Positions 1 through 8,437 of a DNA stretch of 64,000 bases are shown piece by piece. The notes under the pieces are model-generated. The model did no database searches. It was not told where the DNA came from and saw only the letters and a program-made list of their open reading frames with translations. The position numbers and the translations under genes were made by a program. Within the stretch, counting starts at the first letter, position 1, and each line of letters starts with the position of its first letter. Source of the stretch: a virus (lineage: Duplodnaviria > Caudoviricetes); the IMG/VR virus record IMGVR_UViG_3300044477_000030, positions 12,659 through 76,658 of that record, one strand, 5' to 3'.

Positions 1-514
1 TTCCAGCAGAACCCACCGCACCGGAGGCTGTGAAGTCGTCACCGCTCTCCGATGCGGACATCGTGCCAGACAACGCAACGGAACCAGATGCTGTGAAGTC
101 ATCGGCACCTTCGTTCGCCGACATTGTGCCGTTGTAGGTCTGGGTTCCAGATGCGGTGAAGTCGTCAGCTCCTTCGTCAGCCGACATTGTGCCAGTTAGC
201 GCCACGGAGCCGGAGGCCGTAAAATCATCGGCCCCTTCGGATGCAGACATTGTACCGGTAACAACAACGACAACGGAGCCGGATGCGGTAAAGTCGTCAG
301 CTCCTTCGTTGGCGGTCATCGTGCCGGACAGCGCAACGGAACCGCTGGCGGTAAAGTCGTCCGCGCCTTCGTTGGCGCTCATCGTGCCAGACAACGCAAC
401 GGAACCGCTGGCGGTAAAGTCGTCAGCTCCTTCGTTGGCGGTCATTGTGCCCGTTGGCGCATTGACGGCAAGAAGTCCTGTGGCGTGTCCTAACGGTGAG
501 AATCCAATAGACAT
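1..514 (-). CDS. Virion-associated acidic repeat protein (partial, runs off the window start); 21-23 aa repeats GTM(S/T)A(N/S/D)EGADDFTASGSVALS
   Basis: ATG at 514 with GGAG RBS; my translation MSIGFSPLGHATGLLAVNAPTGTMTANEGADDFTASGSVALS... is open to position 1; absent from the ORF track because no stop lies in the window. Confidence 0.85.
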   Translation of the reverse strand, partial: MSIGFSPLGHATGLLAVNAPTGTMTANEGADDFTASGSVALSGTMSANEGADDFTASGSVALSGTMTANEGADDFTASGSVVVVVTGTMSASEGADDFTASGSVALTGTMSADEGADDFTASGTQTYNGTMSANEGADDFTASGSVALSGTMSASESGDDFTASGAVGSAG

Positions 515-527
515 GAACAGTCTCCAG

Positions 528-875
528 TTATGCAGTCTGCCTTATAGACCAGGTGAATGTCCTGTCGGTTCCAGTTATCTTTCTGATCCCAAAATCCCAA
601 TAACTAATGAGCATTATGGGATCAATGACAATTAAAGGCTGGGAGTGGGCACCATGGAATCTGATGGTGCGCAAATCCAAAGTCCCTCCTTGATAGACAG
701 CGGAGCCCTGTATCTTCACCTCATAGGTGTCTCCGACTGCCATGTTCGATGCATCCACGAGCAACTGATAGAAGCCGGACGCCGTGTTGTTGACCAATCC
801 TATCTGGTTCGCGGTCATGGAATACCACGAAGTCGTTATGGTGGCCGATCCGCTATATGCTTCGCTGATAGCCAT
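528..875 (-). CDS. Small beta-rich accessory virion protein, family S (copy S4), 115 aa
   Basis: Start MAISEAYSG at 875 overlaps the upstream stop (TAATG); clear paralogue of 2967-3314 (shared MAISEAYSG...GTDRTFxWSIR). Confidence 0.8.
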   Translation of the reverse strand: MAISEAYSGSATITTSWYSMTANQIGLVNNTASGFYQLLVDASNMAVGDTYEVKIQGSAVYQGGTLDLRTIRFHGAHSQPLIVIDPIMLISYWDFGIRKITGTDRTFTWSIRQTA

Positions 876-1216
876 TATGGTACAATCCTTCTGATCCCGT
901 AGGTCATGTCCACAATACTGTCGGACGACTGCAAATAAAATGTCGCCGAATTCATGATGAGAACGGGATTGGATACAAATCCTTTGCCACTTCCGTATCC
1001 GGTGAAGGAATCGTGCCACACGAATCGTTCGGTGTCTCCAGATCTGGCTTTTTCTTGCAGGAATATGTGAAGGATGTCATGAAATGTAGCCGTCTCCATC
1101 AAAGGGGACAAGTCCACAAATAATTGGTACACGCCTGGGGTTGTTATGGCGGAACCACAAGCCGCATAGCCGGTGGAAACCGTTATTGTCCCATATTGTA
1201 CTTGTTCGACTGCCAT
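875..1216 (-). CDS. Small accessory virion protein, family S (copy S3)
   Basis: MAVEQVQYG...; shares GVYQLFVD and EKARSGDT with 3317-3685 and 2967-3314. Confidence 0.8.
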   Translation of the reverse strand: MAVEQVQYGTITVSTGYAACGSAITTPGVYQLFVDLSPLMETATFHDILHIFLQEKARSGDTERFVWHDSFTGYGSGKGFVSNPVLIMNSATFYLQSSDSIVDMTYGIRRIVP

Positions 1217-1217
1217 A

Positions 1218-2072
1218 TCATCCACCGAGAAGATAGAGACCGCCAGCGTAGGCTGTCTCCAGCGTACCGCTGTCCTGCGCTCTCATGTACAGATTCGAGC
1301 CACTTTTCACAAATTTGTAGTAATCGAACGGGGCATTCGGGATCTCCGCGAGGGTTTCGACGGAAGCCACCACATAATATCTCTCCTTCATGGCCAGATA
1401 TTTGTAATTGCTACCGTCTCCACAGGCACTATCCACAAGAATGCTTCTTGTTGTCGTGGAAGTATCTCCGGTTATCGCAAAGCCTTGTTGAACCCACCAA
1501 TAGTTTTTGGTTATATTGGAGGCTATCAGTGTCCATGCACCGTTGTTTGTTGTCCCTGGTGTCAGCGCAGTCCCGGTGGATGTGGAAGTAGAAACTCCGA
1601 ACGAATCCACATAGGAACCGAATTGTTGCAACTTTGATGATCCCGCCCAATGGGTTGCCGTGATCCACACATAGACGCTCGTGGAGGAAGATGCGGACGA
1701 TTGGTGGAAAGCATACAGCGGAGTATTATACGCAATATGGATCGGGAACGAGTAACCTATTTGCGCATTGTAGGAGAGTCCTGCTCCATAACACATCAAA
1801 TTCGGTATTAGAACATTATTTCCCGCCGAATCAGTACAGATTTTCACTAGGCGTTGCGTATTTATTCCACTCGGAGATGCCGCCGATATTCTTATTGTGA
1901 GGTTACACACTGTTCCGGTTGTTGTATGAACAAGAACTCCCGTCCCCCATGTATTCGCAGATGCAGCACAAGCAACGGCGGTTCCGTTGTTATTAGATGG
2001 CCTGTCGGTCGAATCTACATTTGATTCAACACCTTGGTCTTTTCCATCTTTTCTAAGATCCCCGAATATCAT
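1218..2072 (-). CDS. Accessory virion/tail protein, family L (copy L4), 284 aa
   Basis: Shared ANTWG, IC(S/T)DSAGNxVLIPN and FPxxI motifs with the other three L copies; Thr/Ser/Gly-rich beta composition. Confidence 0.8.
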   Translation of the reverse strand: MIFGDLRKDGKDQGVESNVDSTDRPSNNNGTAVACAASANTWGTGVLVHTTTGTVCNLTIRISAASPSGINTQRLVKICTDSAGNNVLIPNLMCYGAGLSYNAQIGYSFPIHIAYNTPLYAFHQSSASSSTSVYVWITATHWAGSSKLQQFGSYVDSFGVSTSTSTGTALTPGTTNNGAWTLIASNITKNYWWVQQGFAITGDTSTTTRSILVDSACGDGSNYKYLAMKERYYVVASVETLAEIPNAPFDYYKFVKSGSNLYMRAQDSGTLETAYAGGLYLLGG

Positions 2073-2932
2073 ATATCTCCCAAGGCATACACCACAATAC
2101 GGTACGCTCCTTCCAAAGACGCACTATGTTGTGCGCACGCCCATATATTCCCCCCTTCTCTCACGCGAACGGAACACTCGTGGAGTCCATTTGGGACGTT
2201 AAACATGGATTCACTGGTTGTGCTGAATCCGAATTGAACGTTGTGCTGAATATAGTGGTACCCGAACGTTCCGCCATATCCTATTGCCAAATCCACATGA
2301 GTTGTTCCCACGCCTATATTTGAATCTCCGTATGGAACAATCATCGGCTGGAGATACCAATATGTTCTTGGAACACCGGCATAGATCTGGGTTATGACTC
2401 CTTCTAGAGTTGTTCCTGGGGTTATCGCAGTGCCGGATGAGGTCGCTGTGTCTGCGCCAAGGGCATCAATGTAATGTCCACATCTGACCATGGACGGGCG
2501 GCTAGGATTCCCCCACACCGTCACCCATACGTCAATTGCAGTCCCTGCTGTATCTGATGCCTGTGCAAATGCGTACAAGGTTGTGCCGGAGGGTATGTAG
2601 AGTGGAAAGTAATAAGTGAGTCCACCCATATTCATGTATGGAGAACTAAAGGCGAGAAGATTTGGGATCAAGACGTTGTTTCCTGCCGAATCGGAACATA
2701 TCTTGACCATGCGCTGAACGGAAGATGCAGACGTATCAACACCATGTAAAACAATCTGGATACCGTAGCAATCCCCGGTGAGGGTCATTAGAGATGCACC
2801 CGTGCCGTAGGTGTTTGCGGTTGTCGATGGGGTTGTGGCCGTCCCAAATCCACCGGCACCCGCTTTCGGACGAGTGCCATCCGATACATTCGATTGGCGA
2901 TAGGTGAATTCGTTTAAGAGATTGACAATCAT
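2069..2932 (-). CDS. Accessory virion/tail protein, family L (copy L3), 287 aa
   Basis: ANTYG...ICSDSAGNNVLIPN...FPLYIPSGTTLYAF; ATGA overlap with L4. Confidence 0.8.
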   Translation of the reverse strand: MIVNLLNEFTYRQSNVSDGTRPKAGAGGFGTATTPSTTANTYGTGASLMTLTGDCYGIQIVLHGVDTSASSVQRMVKICSDSAGNNVLIPNLLAFSSPYMNMGGLTYYFPLYIPSGTTLYAFAQASDTAGTAIDVWVTVWGNPSRPSMVRCGHYIDALGADTATSSGTAITPGTTLEGVITQIYAGVPRTYWYLQPMIVPYGDSNIGVGTTHVDLAIGYGGTFGYHYIQHNVQFGFSTTSESMFNVPNGLHECSVRVREGGNIWACAQHSASLEGAYRIVVYALGDI

Positions 2933-2940
2933 GGCTACTT

Positions 2941-2957
2941 AGTATAATACAAAAATT
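2941..2957 (-). promoter_or_regulatory. Phage promoter motif AATTTTTGTATTAT between the two accessory cassettes
   Basis: Matches the motif AAWWTTTG-TA(T/G)WAT found upstream of more than 12 genes in this window. Confidence 0.6.
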
Positions 2958-2966
2958 CAAGTCATC

Positions 2967-3314
2967 CTAGGCGACCTTTCTGATCGACCAGTAAAACGTC
3001 CTATCCGTCCCGGAGATCTTCTTCATAGTCATGTCCCACCCATGGAGCAAAATGAAGGATTCAGAGATGTAAATGGGCATGGTCTGGGCTCCAGCGATGG
3101 TCGCGGCCATGAACACGCGCTGGGTGTCGCCGGAACGGGCTTTCTCATAGAACTTCAGATCGTACACATCACCGGAAGCCATGTTGTAGGTGTCCAGGAC
3201 GAGTTCATAAACCCCGTCTTCGGTGATCGGGGTTAGGGTCGTCCCTGCGTTGGGCAACGAATACTCCGTGGTGGAGATGGTCGCTGTCCCAGAATATGCT
3301 TCAGATATTGCCAT
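2967..3314 (-). CDS. Small accessory virion protein, family S (copy S2), 115 aa
   Basis: MAISEAYSGTATIS...EKARSGDTQR...GTDRTFYWSIRK. Confidence 0.8.
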   Translation of the reverse strand: MAISEAYSGTATISTTEYSLPNAGTTLTPITEDGVYELVLDTYNMASGDVYDLKFYEKARSGDTQRVFMAATIAGAQTMPIYISESFILLHGWDMTMKKISGTDRTFYWSIRKVA

Positions 3315-3316
3315 AA

Positions 3317-3685
3317 TTAACCTGCTTTCCTTATAGATATTTGTACTGTTGCAGATGGTATTGTTTTCCGGACAGTGATTTTCCATCCTGCCGACAACAA
3401 TACCGGAGGAGTGACCATCATTTGTAAATTGGGATTTGATGGATTGAGAGAAAGCGAGAGTTCATGAGACAATCTCTGAGTGTCCCCTGATCTCGCTTTC
3501 TCGTATATTTTCACACTAAGATAGGTGACGCTTCTCGATCCGCCAGGAAGAGTCGGAGGATTGAGACCGTAATAATCTAAAAATACTTGATAAACACCCG
3601 CTTCGTTCTCATCGGAACCGCTCACTGTGGTCTCGGTCGTATTGGTTGCTAGGATTTGAGATGTTGCGTATTCCGTTATTGCCAT
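3317..3685 (-). CDS. Small accessory virion protein, family S (copy S1)
   Basis: MAITEY...GVYQVFLD...YEKARSGDTQR. Confidence 0.8.
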   Translation of the reverse strand: MAITEYATSQILATNTTETTVSGSDENEAGVYQVFLDYYGLNPPTLPGGSRSVTYLSVKIYEKARSGDTQRLSHELSLSLNPSNPNLQMMVTPPVLLSAGWKITVRKTIPSATVQISIRKAG

Positions 3686-3687
3686 AT

Positions 3688-4542
3688 TCAACCCATTGCG
3701 TAAATTGCACCCTTGTAGCCAGCTTCGGAAGACGTGGAACCTTGCACTCTCATGTACAATGCACTTCCCGTCGGAACATATTTGCGAAACATGATCGGAT
3801 CTCGTGGATGCTTGGATATGGAAGATTTGTTGGATCTCACCATGTATCTCTCCCCGGAATATATGATGTTCTTCTCGCTGGAATTGCCATATGCAATATC
3901 CACATGATACACACCGTCGAGCATATTCGGAGACCCCACAACCCCAAACCCTGTCTGGAAATATTCATAAGGTCTTGTGGTGGAGCCCACAATCTCTGTC
4001 CATGCTCCATCGGAAGATGTACCGGGGACGATGGTTGTTCCGCACGAAGAAGACAGATCGACACCGAGCGCATCGACGTATCGAGCCGGGTTGATGGACA
4101 TGGGGGATAGACTTCTCGCAAACAAGTAAGTAGTTCTTACAGTGATTGTTATCGACGAGGACTGATCCGTGCGCAAGAAACCGTACAATGATGCCGACGG
4201 AGGGACTGATATTGGGAACAAATATAATATGCTGCCGTTGTAGAGTTCGGATGCTCCGGTGCATATTATATTTGGGATCAGGACATCGTTCCCGGCTGAA
4301 TCGGAGCAGATTTTCATCATCATCTGCACAGACGAGCCCAGTGTGTTTGTGGCCATTGTTATTTGCAATAGTATGAAACAACTTTCGTTTGTGGATGATC
4401 CGCCAATACTCACACCCGTTCCCCATGTGTTCGCTGTGGCGGGGGAAGAGATGGATGCACCATAACCAGGGCCGGGGGCTGTGCTCGTTGTGACGTTGGA
4501 AGCACTGTAATCTGCGCAAGAAGTAAAGCCTCGTCCGATCAT
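3688..4542 (-). CDS. Accessory virion/tail protein, family L (copy L2)
   Basis: Probable start MIGRGF at 4542, just after the L1 stop; ANTWG...ICSDSAGNDVLIPN. Confidence 0.8.
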   Translation of the reverse strand: MIGRGFTSCADYSASNVTTSTAPGPGYGASISSPATANTWGTGVSIGGSSTNESCFILLQITMATNTLGSSVQMMMKICSDSAGNDVLIPNIICTGASELYNGSILYLFPISVPPSASLYGFLRTDQSSSITITVRTTYLFARSLSPMSINPARYVDALGVDLSSSCGTTIVPGTSSDGAWTEIVGSTTRPYEYFQTGFGVVGSPNMLDGVYHVDIAYGNSSEKNIIYSGERYMVRSNKSSISKHPRDPIMFRKYVPTGSALYMRVQGSTSSEAGYKGAIYAMG

Positions 4543-4544
4543 AC

Positions 4545-5351
4545 TCACCTCACACAATACATGATGAAATAAAAATACATGGCGCCGGTTTGGGTAAATC
4601 TGTTGTATGCGCCCGAGGGGACATAATCGTACCAAGAGAACATCTGCGACAGATTGACAATGTGTGTTTGGTAGCTATCTGATGCCGCACACCATTCTAA
4701 TCCGCAAAAGGGGGACGCACTGATGCCTGTGAGTTCTTGTGGAGATATTACGGTTGTTCTAGATTGTCCAGGAGTGGGCCCGACAGGGGAAATCCCTATC
4801 TGTGTGAACGTATAATCGGCAGTCATAATGGGGTTGCCGCTATATATTCCATTCCAATAATAAAATGATTTGGTGTTCGCTTCATCCAAACCGTAGGTGT
4901 CGATGACTGAGCCGGTTCTCAGCACACCTTCGTGAGTGGGATTGCCCACAACTTCAACATGGCAATATAAAGTATCGCTGGATGCCGATGAAGATTTTGA
5001 GAAAGCGTAAAGGGTTGTACCTCTAGGAATAGATAATGGAAATTTAAAGGTATGCCCTCCCAACAAGGAAGTCGAGACATTCCCACAAAGCAATGGAGGT
5101 ATTATCACATCGTTTCCTGCCACATCCGAACAAATCTTCAACAACCGTCTGACACTTTGCCCGCTACTGGTGAGATTGATTGTGATGAAATGGCAGTCGT
5201 GATCCAGAGTCATCAACTCCACCGCACTCCCATATGTATTGGCACTAGCCGATGGTGGCACAGATGTCCCTAGCGAAGTGATGGATGGCTGTGTGCCATC
5301 CGGCACATTCGACTGGAAATACTGGAACTCCATTGTCTGTCCGATGAGCAT
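4545..5351 (-). CDS. Accessory virion/tail protein, family L (copy L1), 268 aa
   Basis: ANTYG...ICSDVAGNDVIIP...FPLSIPRGTTLYAF; C-terminus more divergent. Confidence 0.8.
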   Translation of the reverse strand: MLIGQTMEFQYFQSNVPDGTQPSITSLGTSVPPSASANTYGSAVELMTLDHDCHFITINLTSSGQSVRRLLKICSDVAGNDVIIPPLLCGNVSTSLLGGHTFKFPLSIPRGTTLYAFSKSSSASSDTLYCHVEVVGNPTHEGVLRTGSVIDTYGLDEANTKSFYYWNGIYSGNPIMTADYTFTQIGISPVGPTPGQSRTTVISPQELTGISASPFCGLEWCAASDSYQTHIVNLSQMFSWYDYVPSGAYNRFTQTGAMYFYFIMYCVR

Positions 5352-5352
5352 A

Positions 5353-6588
5353 TTACAACAACTGCCTCATTTGAATACCGCCCGAGATCAAACAAGTTCC
5401 GCTGGTAGATTCCACAAACAAGCCAATAATATCGGAGTACCCGGAACAGGTGACTCCACATTGCATACTGGTTCTTGGAGAAGAAGACGCCGTGCGCAAG
5501 GACGAATCTGCATATCCGGCATCCATCACCAGTCCTTCCGCGCTTACGGTTTCGGCTCCAGTCCCCGTCCATGTCTGCACAGCCGACGATGGGAAATCGA
5601 CCCAATTGGGTGTCCCAACCACAGTCGGGTTCCAGACCAACGCCCAGCGGAACTTGGTGTTGGCCGCAGAATTTATCAGGTAGATGCCAACCGGCTCAAC
5701 CGCGTGCTCAGGGTATAATGGATTGATCCTGGCCAATACGATCGGGCGCTTGACACCGACCGCAATGGAAATCTGATTCCCGTCATTGTCCACGCATCCG
5801 GTGATGCCGAAGTTGCCTTCGCCACCGTCGGCAGTCATTGAGCAACACTGCTGTCGCATTGTCGCAGATCCACCGGTGGATCTGATCTCATAGCGCAACG
5901 GGAGTGTGGCGCAACGGATGTAGGTTGTCGCATAAAGATTGGCGTGGCGTGAAACATGGGCGGTCACATATGTACCGTCCATCATGAACGACCACCGGAC
6001 ATTCCCGATACCGAGCCATTCGTACTCCACGGCCATCAGGAGCATTTTGCTGAAGTCAATGGTTTGACCGCTTGGCCCTGTGCCATCGAGCTTGTCGCAG
6101 TTCCATTCGCTCTGCGGAACCCTGGTGATGTTCCCACCCTTGCATTCGCACAGATACGCCACGCCGTTGTTGCATTCCAGGAACAAACCATCATAGGGCT
6201 CGTATGTGTCCCTCAAGTATCCACGGAAAGGCCCCATGCGTGCGATGACGCCGGTTGCCTTCGGGCAAATACCCGTCATGTCGGCCCGCAATGGCTTGTC
6301 CGCCTGGTAATTGAAAGAGGATCTGGTTTGGCGGATGACATAATCGCCTGTGGTTGCAACGGCAAGATTCACACAGATGTCCGAGGACACGAATGTGGAG
6401 GTGCCGGTGCCATAGACGATTTCGTCCCAGAGCAACGCAGATTTTCCAAGTGAAAGGTTTCCATTGAAAAGAATGCGTGGATTGGCCACACGGATACGTC
6501 CGGCCACGTCCACGAGCGATTCGTCAACGGCCACCCTCTTCGTCGGGCGGTCGGATCTCCAGTTGTTCCAGAATGCCATCCCAGCCAA
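5353..6588 (-). CDS. Putative virion protein, 411 aa (beta-sandwich/lectin-like; family recalled from uncultured phages, with N-terminal DxxGRxRV motif)
   Basis: Long ORF within the tail operon; DVAGRIRVANPRILF motif. Confidence 0.55.
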   Translation of the reverse strand: MAGMAFWNNWRSDRPTKRVAVDESLVDVAGRIRVANPRILFNGNLSLGKSALLWDEIVYGTGTSTFVSSDICVNLAVATTGDYVIRQTRSSFNYQADKPLRADMTGICPKATGVIARMGPFRGYLRDTYEPYDGLFLECNNGVAYLCECKGGNITRVPQSEWNCDKLDGTGPSGQTIDFSKMLLMAVEYEWLGIGNVRWSFMMDGTYVTAHVSRHANLYATTYIRCATLPLRYEIRSTGGSATMRQQCCSMTADGGEGNFGITGCVDNDGNQISIAVGVKRPIVLARINPLYPEHAVEPVGIYLINSAANTKFRWALVWNPTVVGTPNWVDFPSSAVQTWTGTGAETVSAEGLVMDAGYADSSLRTASSSPRTSMQCGVTCSGYSDIIGLFVESTSGTCLISGGIQMRQLL

Positions 6589-6596
6589 CCTTGCCG

Positions 6597-6959
6597 TTAG
6601 GCGTGAACGATGTTTGCGGAAGTGATGGTTACTGTGTTACCTGAATTAATTGAAATTGTTGACAAATTGATGTCGGCTCCAGAGGTGGAGACGGTCAATC
6701 CTGTGATGACACCAGCATCGGCGGATGTGGTGATCTTGGCCTTCGCGGCGGTTCCTGTGCCGGAGGCGCTTGCGGAGAGTGGCGTGCCACCAAGGGTCAG
6801 GGTTCCATTGGAAGTGGTTCCGAATGGAGAACCGAGGGTGATCGTCACGAGCGTGGCGTCTGCCGCAGTCATGATGACGAGTTTGCCTGCATTGCCCACG
6901 GCGTTGATCACCTGGGTCATGCGGTTGTCTTTGAGGGTGTTTGTGTACACTACGGACAT
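6597..6959 (-). CDS. Conserved ~120-aa phage virion/tail protein
   Basis: MSVVYTNTLKDNRMTQVINAVG...GTAAKAKI...SGADINLST pattern typical of this small tail-associated family. Confidence 0.6.
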   Translation of the reverse strand: MSVVYTNTLKDNRMTQVINAVGNAGKLVIMTAADATLVTITLGSPFGTTSNGTLTLGGTPLSASASGTGTAAKAKITTSADAGVITGLTVSTSGADINLSTISINSGNTVTITSANIVHA

Positions 6960-6981
6960 TTTTCTGCTCCTGATTTAACTG

Positions 6982-7662
6982 TTAAAACCATCTTTCGCTT
7001 CCCGGTTGATTTGCCGGTTGCGAAATCAGATTGTCGTAATATGAACCATCCCAGGCACTGAGCACCAATTGTGCCCCCGCTGGCAACATGGATTCTAGAA
7101 ACTCCAACGCATTGGTCGTTTCCGATGCGGATTGATCCTTCACACACACTTCGAGAATCAACATCGCATCGACTGTGTAATCTGGAATCAAACTCCCAAG
7201 GGCGATAAAGGCGTCATTTGGGAAGATGCTCCTGACATAAAGAAGGATCTCTTCGTTGGTGCCGGAATAAATCGTCTTCCTTCTCTTGTACAAATCCCTG
7301 CGGTAAACATGATCCACAAGGGACGTTCTCTTGAGACCGCAGAGTTCTCCAATGTCATCCAGATGCACGCCATATGCAGTTTCCAGATTTTGAGCCATCC
7401 GCACTCTCATCGCTTCGTCTTCCAGAGCGTCCTTGCCATCCAATGAAATCTGTATAATTTTCTTCAGCGTATCGGAATTCTTATACTGCTCCAGAATCAA
7501 TGGGATGTTTCTGGAATAGGAACTCTGGGTTCTGTACGGCGCTCCCAAATACACATCGGAGGCGGACATGTCGTCGGACGCCTCAGTGAGATCCATCGTC
7601 CCATTGACGATTATGGTCTCAGAGGTGGCGGCCGCAAGCAAGGGGGAATAATAGAAGGACAT
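6982..7662 (-). CDS. DUF2612-like baseplate wedge protein paralogue carrying one N-terminal acidic repeat
   Basis: LEQYKNSDTLKKII...LETAYGVHLDDIGELCG resembles 10138-10677 (EQYKNSVNLRKI...AVGEQLDYVGELFN). Confidence 0.6.
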   Translation of the reverse strand: MSFYYSPLLAAATSETIIVNGTMDLTEASDDMSASDVYLGAPYRTQSSYSRNIPLILEQYKNSDTLKKIIQISLDGKDALEDEAMRVRMAQNLETAYGVHLDDIGELCGLKRTSLVDHVYRRDLYKRRKTIYSGTNEEILLYVRSIFPNDAFIALGSLIPDYTVDAMLILEVCVKDQSASETTNALEFLESMLPAGAQLVLSAWDGSYYDNLISQPANQPGSERWF

Positions 7663-7952
7663 TATTTACCCTTGTCCTTCTGACCGTCGATCCATCCTTT
7701 GATGTAGGCCATATTTTCGTTCGCATGGGCCATCTTCTCGGACAGGTCGGAGGTCACAGCGGTCAGATTCCGAAGTTGGATGGACATCTGCTTCAGATCC
7801 ATTTCCTTCGGGCACTGTTTCGCACACTCTTCCGTCTTGGCCGGAATGAGGGCATCCACCTTTTTGTAGATCTTCTTCACATACATATACACCGAAAGGA
7901 CTGCCGTTATGACAGCCCCTACAATGGCGGCTATGGATGTGATTAAATCCAT
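7662..7952 (-). CDS. Membrane-anchored coiled-coil protein (possible holin/lysis accessory)
   Basis: N-terminal hydrophobic helix (ITSIAAIVGAVITAVLSVYMYV) followed by a coiled coil. Confidence 0.45.
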   Translation of the reverse strand: MDLITSIAAIVGAVITAVLSVYMYVKKIYKKVDALIPAKTEECAKQCPKEMDLKQMSIQLRNLTAVTSDLSEKMAHANENMAYIKGWIDGQKDKGK

Positions 7953-7953
7953 C

Positions 7954-8391
7954 TTAGATGTTCACCAGCTCCCCCATTGCCTTGATGACCGAGGCTGGGA
8001 TCTTGAGGTTTTTGATCTCGTCGTAATTCAAAGGCACAACATCGAACTCAACTTCCGACTCCAGGTGCTTCGCCATTTCTTCCGCAGCTTTAGCCATTTT
8101 CACCAGGGTTTCGTCCACGGGCTCCTTCTTGCCTGCTTCTCTCCATAGAATATCTGCCACAGCTTCGCTGGAACGCCCATCGAGCCACTTTCTGAGATTC
8201 TCATTCACACCACGCATGGATTTGGAGAAGGTCTTCTGCATCTGCCGGAAGGTCGCCAGAATTTCGGACAGTTTCTTGTCGATCGCAATGCACTTCTTGA
8301 CGTTCTCTGCATCGATGATGTGATCCATGGCAGCATTCAAAGCCCCCTGGATTTGAGCAACTTGATCAATTTGAAGTTTCAATTTAGCCAT
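7954..8391 (-). CDS. Hypothetical helical protein (possible tail fibre chaperone)
   Basis: Directly downstream of the tail fibre; has its own promoter motif at about 8423-8437. Confidence 0.45.
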   Translation of the reverse strand: MAKLKLQIDQVAQIQGALNAAMDHIIDAENVKKCIAIDKKLSEILATFRQMQKTFSKSMRGVNENLRKWLDGRSSEAVADILWREAGKKEPVDETLVKMAKAAEEMAKHLESEVEFDVVPLNYDEIKNLKIPASVIKAMGELVNI

Positions 8392-8437
8392 TTCACTCTC
8401 TTGGTTTGGTTAAGGATATTGCTATTATACAAAAATT

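Noticed and set aside
7662-7952. Complete lysis cassette
   Set aside because: Only a holin-like membrane protein is seen; no endolysin motif was recognised in the window.
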